Assembly: GCA_963704885.1 (NCBI GenBank)
Contig: CAVPIB010000001.1
Span: forward strand, 960,001 to 1,024,000
Origin: an uncultured Actinomycetes bacterium
GTDB lineage: Bacteria > Actinomycetota > UBA4738 > HRBIN12
Direction of reading: 5' to 3'
Length of the DNA: 64,000 nucleotides
A program made the translations under genes and the position numbers. Position 1 is the stretch's first letter, and each line of letters begins with the position of its first letter. The notes under the pieces are model-generated. The model was not told the origin of the DNA and made no database searches. It saw only the letters and a list, made by a program, of their open reading frames with translations. Positions 54,811 to 64,000 of this stretch are shown here, in pieces.

Positions 54811-56655
54811 TCAGTCGTTGTTGGTGATCGTACCCAGTCCGAAGCCCGTACCGGTGATGGTGGCGTTCGTAGGGTTCGAGAGATTCACGTAGTACGTCTC
54901 ATCCGGCTCGGTGACGAGGTCTCCTACGATCGGCACGATGATCGTTCTCGTCGTTTGGCCCGGACTGAACGTCACGGTGCCGCTCACGGAGGTGTAATCG
55001 GTCGGGGTGATTGCCGTTCCATCGGCCGTGGCGAAGTCCACGGTGATCGTGTTGCCGCTCGAGGCCGAGAGCGTGACGGTGAAGACGGCATTCGTGGTCC
55101 CCGCGTTGCCTTCCACCAGGGTCACGGAGTTGATCGTCACCGTCCTGGCGTCGTCGTCGGTGATCGTCCCCAGCGCGAACCCGGCTCCGGCGATCGTCGC
55201 GTTCGTGGGACTCGAAAGGGACACGGAGTAGGTCTCAGTTGTCTCGATCAGGATGTCGCCGACCACTTGGACCACGACCTGCTTGGAGACCTCTCCCGGG
55301 TTGAAGGTGAGGACACCAGCGTTGGACAGGTAGTCGGCCGGCGCCGTTGCCCCTCCGTCGGCCGTTGCGAAGTTAACGGTGACCGTGTTACTGACTGAAG
55401 CCGAGAGGTTGACGTTGAAGACGGCGTTGATGGTCCCGTTGTTGCCCTCAGTCACTGTCGAGGCGCTGATCGTGATCGTCGGAGTGTTGTTGTCCGTTAT
55501 CGTGCCGAGACCAGTGTCGTCTGAGATCGTCGCGTTCGTCGCCGCGGACAGGTTCACCGAGTACGTCTCGTTGGCCTCGCTGATCGTGTCCCCAACTACC
55601 TGGACCGTGATCTGCTTCGACGTCTCACCCGGGTTGAATGTCAGGACGCCACTCGTCGAGACGTAGTCGGCCGGCGAGGTCGCCGAACCCGGTGCGGTCG
55701 CGTAGGCAACGGTCACCGTGTTGACCGTCGTGGCCGAGAGCGAGACGTTGAACACAGCGTTCGTCGTCCCGCTGTTGCCCTCTGTCACGGTAACGTTGCC
55801 GATCGAGATCGAGGGAAGCACCGGGGTCCCGGAGTCGTCATCGGTGATCGTGCCCAGTCCGATCGCATCCACTATCGTGGCACCTATCGCGTCGGATAGC
55901 GTCACCCTGAAGTTCTCGCTTGGTTCGGCCACTGTATCCCCGATCACCTGGACGGTAACCTGTTTCGCGGTTTCGCCTGGAACGAATACGAGCGTTCCTC
56001 CGGCGGGGTTGTAATCGGACGCGACGGCCGTGCCATTGGACGTCGCGAAGTCCACCGAGATCGGGCTCGTCGACGAGGATGATGCGGTCACGTCGAACAC
56101 CGCATCCGTGGTACCCACGCTGCCTTCGGTGACCGTGACATCGCCGATGGAGAAGACGGGGCCCGCACCGCCGAGATCGTCGTCGTCCAGGATCGTCCCG
56201 CGGCCGACGCCGTCGGCGATGCGCGCGCGTTTGGGGTTGGAGAGGTGAAGGCGGAACGTCTCATCGGCCTCATGAAGCGCGTCCCCGATCACCTTCACCA
56301 CGATGCGGCGCGAGGTGATGCTCGGGGTGAACCGGAGCGAGCCATGGACCGCGACGAAGTCGCTCTTAGTGGCGGTGCCGCTGAAGGTTCGGTAGTGCAC
56401 CCTTGCGGATGACGGCCTCGACAGGGTGACGGTGAAGACGAGCTTCCTGCGGCCGGAGTCCCCCTCCTTCACTTTCGCGTTATCGATCGAGAGCGATGGG
56501 GCCTTGGATGGGGTCCCGCCCGCAGGCGGAGCCGTGACACCTTGCATCATGAGCGCGGACAGGAGGATGAGGGAGACGATGGCTATGGATGAACGAGGTC
56601 CTCGCGCGACCTGCGAGGGAGGGGTCGATCGCCCGGTTCCGTTCAGCGTGTGCAT
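54811..56655 (-). CDS. Secreted Calx-beta repeat protein (5 repeats)
   Basis: Signal-like hydrophobic segment; five VTEG..F.V.LS..T.DGTA..D(Y/F)..F.PG..GD..E..E..L..GTI.DD units. Confidence 0.88.
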   Translation of the reverse strand: MHTLNGTGRSTPPSQVARGPRSSIAIVSLILLSALMMQGVTAPPAGGTPSKAPSLSIDNAKVKEGDSGRRKLVFTVTLSRPSSARVHYRTFSGTATKSDFVAVHGSLRFTPSITSRRIVVKVIGDALHEADETFRLHLSNPKRARIADGVGRGTILDDDDLGGAGPVFSIGDVTVTEGSVGTTDAVFDVTASSSSTSPISVDFATSNGTAVASDYNPAGGTLVFVPGETAKQVTVQVIGDTVAEPSENFRVTLSDAIGATIVDAIGLGTITDDDSGTPVLPSISIGNVTVTEGNSGTTNAVFNVSLSATTVNTVTVAYATAPGSATSPADYVSTSGVLTFNPGETSKQITVQVVGDTISEANETYSVNLSAATNATISDDTGLGTITDNNTPTITISASTVTEGNNGTINAVFNVNLSASVSNTVTVNFATADGGATAPADYLSNAGVLTFNPGEVSKQVVVQVVGDILIETTETYSVSLSSPTNATIAGAGFALGTITDDDARTVTINSVTLVEGNAGTTNAVFTVTLSASSGNTITVDFATADGTAITPTDYTSVSGTVTFSPGQTTRTIIVPIVGDLVTEPDETYYVNLSNPTNATITGTGFGLGTITNND

Positions 56656-56699
56656 AGCAAGAATCCGTCTCCTGGAGGGCCCGGTTTCCTATCTCCGTT

Positions 56700-56726
56700 T
56701 CTTCGGCCTAACCGACGGGCCCTTTA
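56700..56726 (-). promoter_or_regulatory. Sigma-28 (FliA/WhiG)-type promoter of the Calx-beta gene
   Basis: TAAA-N15-GCCGAAGA. Confidence 0.65.
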
Positions 56727-56793
56727 GACCGGTTGCCTTATGGCGCAACGACTGTAGCTAGTCCGACGTGGAGTGGTTCGCGGCACCCGGTCC

Positions 56794-57882
56794 CTAAGGG
56801 AGCGAGGCCAGCAGGCCGACGGCGAGGTGGCCTGTCACCGCGAGCATGCGGCCGCGGCCGTCGTTGCAGACGACGAGCGCCGCTCGATCCCTCTTCGAGC
56901 CGATCAGGGCGGTAGCCACCCAGGCCGTGTTGGATCCCTGTTGTCCGAGGGCGACCTCGGCGCTGAGCTTCCCGGGAGGGATCGCCCACCCGATCGCTTG
57001 CTTCGGGCCCTTGCCTTCTGGAGGGGTCGTGAGCTTCGCGATCGACGCGGGGCCAGCAGCGTGCCACCGTCGGTGAGGAAGACCCTGATGAATCGAGCCC
57101 AGTCCGCGAGCGTCAGGTGGATGCGCCCGGCGGGGCCCATCACGGGCGGGTTGTCTGCTCGGAGCCTCGGGTCGCTCGGGCGTGCCGGGATCGACCGGCG
57201 CTCCCCGGCCGACCCCGTGCCACCGCGAGCGATGTCCCCAGGGTTGCGCTCCGGTCGGCGCTCCGAACCCCACCGAGGTGATCCCGAGCGGAGCCAACAC
57301 GTCGTCGACCACGGCCTCCTCCCACGATCGACCGAGGATCCGCTCCATCGCGGCACCGGCCACGATGTAGCTGAGGTTCGAGTACCGGAAGGAGCCGGGC
57401 TTGCGTGGAGGCTCGTGACAGCGTCATCGCCGTCGCCGCGGTCCGTCTGATCCACGATCGGCCGTTCATCGCCGGAACCACCCCTCCAGCCCCGAGCGGT
57501 CGAGGTTCGCGGGCAGCCCCGCCCGGTGGGTGAGCACTTGATCGATCCTGGTGCGGCGCCACGCCGGGTCTATCCCGTCGAGGTCCGGGAAGAGCTCTGA
57601 GAGCGTCGCCTCCCAGGTGGCCTCGCCGCGCTCCACGAGACGCGCGTAGAGCGCGCCCGTCATCGCCTTCGCGCACGAGCCGATGTGCCAGAGGTCGTTT
57701 GAGGTCGCGGGCTCTCCTCGCCCCCGGATACGGTCGCCGGTCACCCACATCGGCGTCTCTTGATCGTCTGCGGTGACGATGGCCGCGCCAAGAGCCGGGA
57801 TCCGCGACTTGGCGCGCGCGGCCTCGACGCGTTCGCGTATCAGGGTCTCGAGCTCGCTCAGACCAGTCCTCGCACGGCCCAC
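56794..57882 (-). pseudogene. Serine hydrolase (beta-lactamase family), multiply frameshifted; possibly a sequencing artefact
   Basis: IGSCAK (SxxK), LTHRAGL, FRYSN, PAG and GSNT motifs are split across frames. Confidence 0.7.
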
Positions 57883-58649
57883 GCACGGGCCGTCAGCCGG
57901 ATCGTGCCGTCGGCCTTGACCGGCAGGCGCACGCTCAGGAGCTCGCGGAGCTCGGCGCGCGCGGCGTCGTCGAGCGACATGCAGTAGGCGGGCGCGGGCG
58001 CCTGCCCCGAGAGGAACGGGGTCCAGTAGTCGTCGAAGTCACGGAAGATCGTTGGCACGTCGATCGCGCGAGTGCGGATGTCCTTGAGCTCCGCGACCTC
58101 GAACAGCGAGCCGAGCCCCTTCATGCTGGCGATGTCGAGGAACCGCTCGCCCTCATCGTGCTCACGCGCGCTGGCGTCCAGATGGATGGCCGCGTCCCAG
58201 AAGTAGCGCATCATCTGCATCGCTCCTGAGTAGTCCCAGACGTAGGCGCCGATGGTGCCGCCCGCGACCGTGACGCGCCGGAGTTCCTTGATCGCCCTGC
58301 CTTGGTCGGAGACGAAGTTCAGCATCAGCCCCGACACCGTCGTGTCGAACGTGTCGTCGTCGAAGGGGATCTTCTGTGCCTCTGCGATCTGCGCCTCGAA
58401 GCGTTCGTCATCGATCCGGGCGTTCGCGTACTTCACCAATCCCTCGGAGAGATCGATGCCGCGAACCTCCGCCGGTAGAGCACGCACCAGGATCGTCTCG
58501 GAGAGCGCACCCGTGCCGCACCCTACGTCCAGCCATCGGCCGCCGGACGGAGCGTCCAGCCAGTCCAGGAACTCGGCGGCGACGAGGCGGCTCCAGCGAC
58601 CGACGTAAGGCTCGTACCGGTCGCCGTCCTCCCAGGTGTCCGGGTGCAT
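57858..58649 (-). CDS. Class I SAM-dependent methyltransferase
   Basis: YVGRWS, LDVGCGTG, GG..GAYVWDY. Confidence 0.88.
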   Translation of the reverse strand: MHPDTWEDGDRYEPYVGRWSRLVAAEFLDWLDAPSGGRWLDVGCGTGALSETILVRALPAEVRGIDLSEGLVKYANARIDDERFEAQIAEAQKIPFDDDTFDTTVSGLMLNFVSDQGRAIKELRRVTVAGGTIGAYVWDYSGAMQMMRYFWDAAIHLDASAREHDEGERFLDIASMKGLGSLFEVAELKDIRTRAIDVPTIFRDFDDYWTPFLSGQAPAPAYCMSLDDAARAELRELLSVRLPVKADGTIRLTARAWAVRGLV

Positions 58650-58709
58650 CTCCGCATCTTCCCACCTCACGAGCGGCGAGGGTGGTAGCGGCCGTATGCT
58701 TCGGCGGCC

Positions 58710-59741
58710 ATGGGCGACGAGCGGGATTTCCGGATCGAGCAAAGCGAGCTCCGCGCCGACGACGAGTTCGCGGAGTTCAGCTCGACGGATCTGCCGTACT
58801 ACTCGGACTGGCGCGGATCCTTCGAGAAGCTCCCGTGGGCGACCGACGATGAAGCACTACATGCGGCGAACGCCGACGTGGCGATAGTGGGCGCGCCCCT
58901 GGATGATGCCGTGTCGTCGCGGCCCGGCGCCCGGTTCGGGCCGCGGGCGATCAGGATGGCGCCGACCGCTTGGTCGCCCGACTACGCCTGGTCGATCCAG
59001 TTGGACGTCGAGCCGTACAGGGTCTTGAAGGTGGTCGACGCAGGTGACGCGCCCGTGGTCCCCGCGCGCTTGGATCGAGGCCTCCGCGTGATCCACGAGA
59101 AGGTGTTCCGGGTTGCCAAGAGCGGAGCGATCCCGATCGTTCTGGGCGGGGATCATTCGATCACGTATCCGAGCGCGGCCGCCGTCTCGCGTTACCGACA
59201 CCCCCGCAAGGTGGGCATCGTGCACTTCGACGCGCACGCGGATACCGGCGCCGAGCAATGGGGATCGTTGGTCGGGCACGGGACGCCCATGCGCCGGCTG
59301 ATCGAAGAGGGCTGGATCGAGGGACCGAACTTCGTCCAGGTCGGACTTCGCGGCTACTGGCCCGAGAAGGAGACGTTCGACTGGATGCGGGAGCAAGGGC
59401 TCCGCTGGCACACGATGGTCGAGATCGAGGATCGCGGCGCTGAAGCCGTCGTCGCCGACGCGATCGCAGAGGCGCTCGACGGCCCGGACTGCATCTACCT
59501 GAGCGTCGACATCGACGTGGTCGATCCGGGCATGGCGCCGGGCACCGGGACGCCCGAGCCGGGTGGGATGCTCGCGCGCGAGCTGCTGCGGGCCATACGC
59601 CAGATCGTGGGTCAGGTGGATCTGGTCGGGATGGACGTGGTGGAGGTCTCGCCGCCCTACGACAGCGCCGAGGTGACGGCGCTGCTCGCGCACCGCTGCG
59701 TGGTGGAAGCCATCAGCGCGCTCGCCGCGAAACGCCCCTGA
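58710..59741 (+). CDS. speB: Agmatinase / ureohydrolase
   Basis: RPGARFGP, GGDHS, DAHAD, SVDIDVVDP..PGTGTPEPGG, EVSPPYD; substrate not certain. Confidence 0.8.
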   Translation: MGDERDFRIEQSELRADDEFAEFSSTDLPYYSDWRGSFEKLPWATDDEALHAANADVAIVGAPLDDAVSSRPGARFGPRAIRMAPTAWSPDYAWSIQLDVEPYRVLKVVDAGDAPVVPARLDRGLRVIHEKVFRVAKSGAIPIVLGGDHSITYPSAAAVSRYRHPRKVGIVHFDAHADTGAEQWGSLVGHGTPMRRLIEEGWIEGPNFVQVGLRGYWPEKETFDWMREQGLRWHTMVEIEDRGAEAVVADAIAEALDGPDCIYLSVDIDVVDPGMAPGTGTPEPGGMLARELLRAIRQIVGQVDLVGMDVVEVSPPYDSAEVTALLAHRCVVEAISALAAKRP

Positions 59742-59757
59742 TCCGGCCTGCGCCACC

Positions 59758-60909
59758 CTAGGCTGAGAGGTCTTCAACGTCCTCGGTTAGGGCGGGCGCC
59801 GGTTCGATGAGATCGACGCCGCGCTCGTGGGCCTGCAGGAACGCGTCTACAGCGTCGGGGTCGAACTGCTGCCCTCGAACCTTGCGGATCTCCTCCACCG
59901 CCTCCTCCAGCGAGCGGGCCGCTCTGTACGGCCGATCGTTCGTGATCGCGTCGAACGTGTCTGAGACAGCCGTGATGCGGGACACGAGCGGGATCTTCAG
60001 GCCGGCGAGCCCGGCGTACCCCCCGCCGTCCCACCGTTCGTGGTGAGTGCCCGCGATCTGCTCAGCCATGCGAAGGAGCGGCGAGCTGCTGCCGGAAAGG
60101 ATCCTCGCCCCGATCTCCGTGTGGGTCTTCACGACGTCGAACTCGTCTGGCTCCAGACGCCCGGGCTTCAGCAGGATCGCATCCGGCACCCCGATCTTCC
60201 CGAGGTCGTGCAGCGCGGCCGCACGCCCGATCAGGAGGACCTCGTCGGCGGGGAGCCCGAGCTCGGCCGCGATGAGCCCCGTCATCCGCCCCACCCGTCG
60301 GGTGTGCTGGCCGGTCTCGTCATCCCGGTACTCAGCCGCAAGGGCCAGGCGCTCGAACGTCTCGATCTGAGCCTGCTCGGAATCGCGCGTGCGCTCCCGC
60401 ACCCGGGCCTCGAGGTCGTCGTTCTGCTCCAGCAGCTGAAGATGGAGCCAGCGCGTGTGGAGCATGTTCTGGATCCGCAGCAGAACCTCTTCGGCATCGA
60501 AGGGCTTCGTGAGGAAGTCGTGCGCCCGGCTGGCCAACGCCTTGCGCTTGGCGTCCTGCGTGACGTCGGCCGTGAGGATCAGCACGGGCAGGTAGGCACC
60601 CGGCGGGACCAGCATCCCAAGCAGCTCAAGGACCCCGAACCCGTCTAGCCGGGGCATGTGCAGGTCGAGCAGGATGAGGTCCGGCTGGTACCGGGCCAGG
60701 ATCTCGGGGACCAAGCGGGGGTCGGTGACCGCCTCGAGCCGCTGGTAGCCGCCCCGGGTCAAGATCCGTTCGAGCAACCGAACGTTCGACTCCTCGTCGT
60801 CGACGATCAAGATCCGTGGATCGAAGAGGGTTTCGGGGTCGAACACGTCGCCGCCCGCGAAGAGCGAGCTCTCGCCAGCTTCTACGGAGTACGTATCGCT
60901 CGAGGACAT
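59758..60909 (-). CDS. REC + HD-GYP c-di-GMP phosphodiesterase (RpfG-like)
   Basis: IVDD, LLDLHMP, KPF; [30 protein letters not shown]. Confidence 0.9.
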   Translation of the reverse strand: MSSSDTYSVEAGESSLFAGGDVFDPETLFDPRILIVDDEESNVRLLERILTRGGYQRLEAVTDPRLVPEILARYQPDLILLDLHMPRLDGFGVLELLGMLVPPGAYLPVLILTADVTQDAKRKALASRAHDFLTKPFDAEEVLLRIQNMLHTRWLHLQLLEQNDDLEARVRERTRDSEQAQIETFERLALAAEYRDDETGQHTRRVGRMTGLIAAELGLPADEVLLIGRAAALHDLGKIGVPDAILLKPGRLEPDEFDVVKTHTEIGARILSGSSSPLLRMAEQIAGTHHERWDGGGYAGLAGLKIPLVSRITAVSDTFDAITNDRPYRAARSLEEAVEEIRKVRGQQFDPDAVDAFLQAHERGVDLIEPAPALTEDVEDLSA

Positions 60910-60944
60910 CGGGGCAATGCTCCTACTTTCGTTCCACATGAGTT

Positions 60945-60971
60945 TCTTCGGCAGGCAACCGACCGGGCTGA
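60945..60971 (-). promoter_or_regulatory. Sigma-28-type promoter of the HD-GYP regulator
   Basis: TCAG-N15-GCCGAAGA. Confidence 0.55.
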
Positions 60972-60993
60972 AGGCGCAGCTCACGGCCTAGGT

Positions 60994-61020
60994 TCAATGG
61001 TCGACGATGGCTGCCGATAG
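60994..61020 (+). promoter_or_regulatory. Sigma-28-type promoter of the PAS kinase
   Basis: TCAA-N15-GCCGATAG. Confidence 0.6.
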
Positions 61021-61097
61021 TGGGGTGTGGAGGTGCATCCGTCCGTGCGCGGGTGCTCGAACCAGAAACGACCGTCACCTTGAGCGGGTGGCGGTAG

Positions 61098-64000
<2,903 letters not shown>

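Overview
High-GC chromosomal window from an actinobacterium, probably a deep-branching lineage (inferred from WhiB, F420 genes, DUF3499/DUF5719, stand-alone cofE, bifunctional PGI/PMI and a frameshifting prfB). Positions 1-40.4 kb are the conserved core block: cell-wall glycosyltransferases, GDP-mannose genes, cofE/cofD/fbiC, whiB, ahcY, comF, a raiA-motif RNA, hpf, secA, prfB, ftsEX, smpB and tmRNA. Positions 40.5-64 kb are accessory: aconitase X, an alkaline phosphatase, a corrinoid methyltransferase pair, a GcvT-like enzyme, two CrtI-like FAD oxidoreductases, a Calx-beta protein, agmatinase, an HD-GYP regulator and a multi-PAS kinase. Several single-base indels in this right part look like sequencing errors. 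No CRISPR array, integrase, transposase, rRNA or tRNA was seen. Best leads: (1) an identical 16-bp palindromic operator at the whiB/histone-H1-like locus and at DUF3499; (2) three sigma-28/WhiG-type promoters linking a c-di-GMP module to a Calx-beta surface protein; (3) an apparently circularly permuted alkaline phosphatase with an internal Tat motif; (4) a putative methyl/C1-transfer island; (5) the raiA RNA; (6) a TTCAG-N6-TTCAG regulon whose regulator starts with ACG. All calls come from reading the sequence by eye; no database searches were run.
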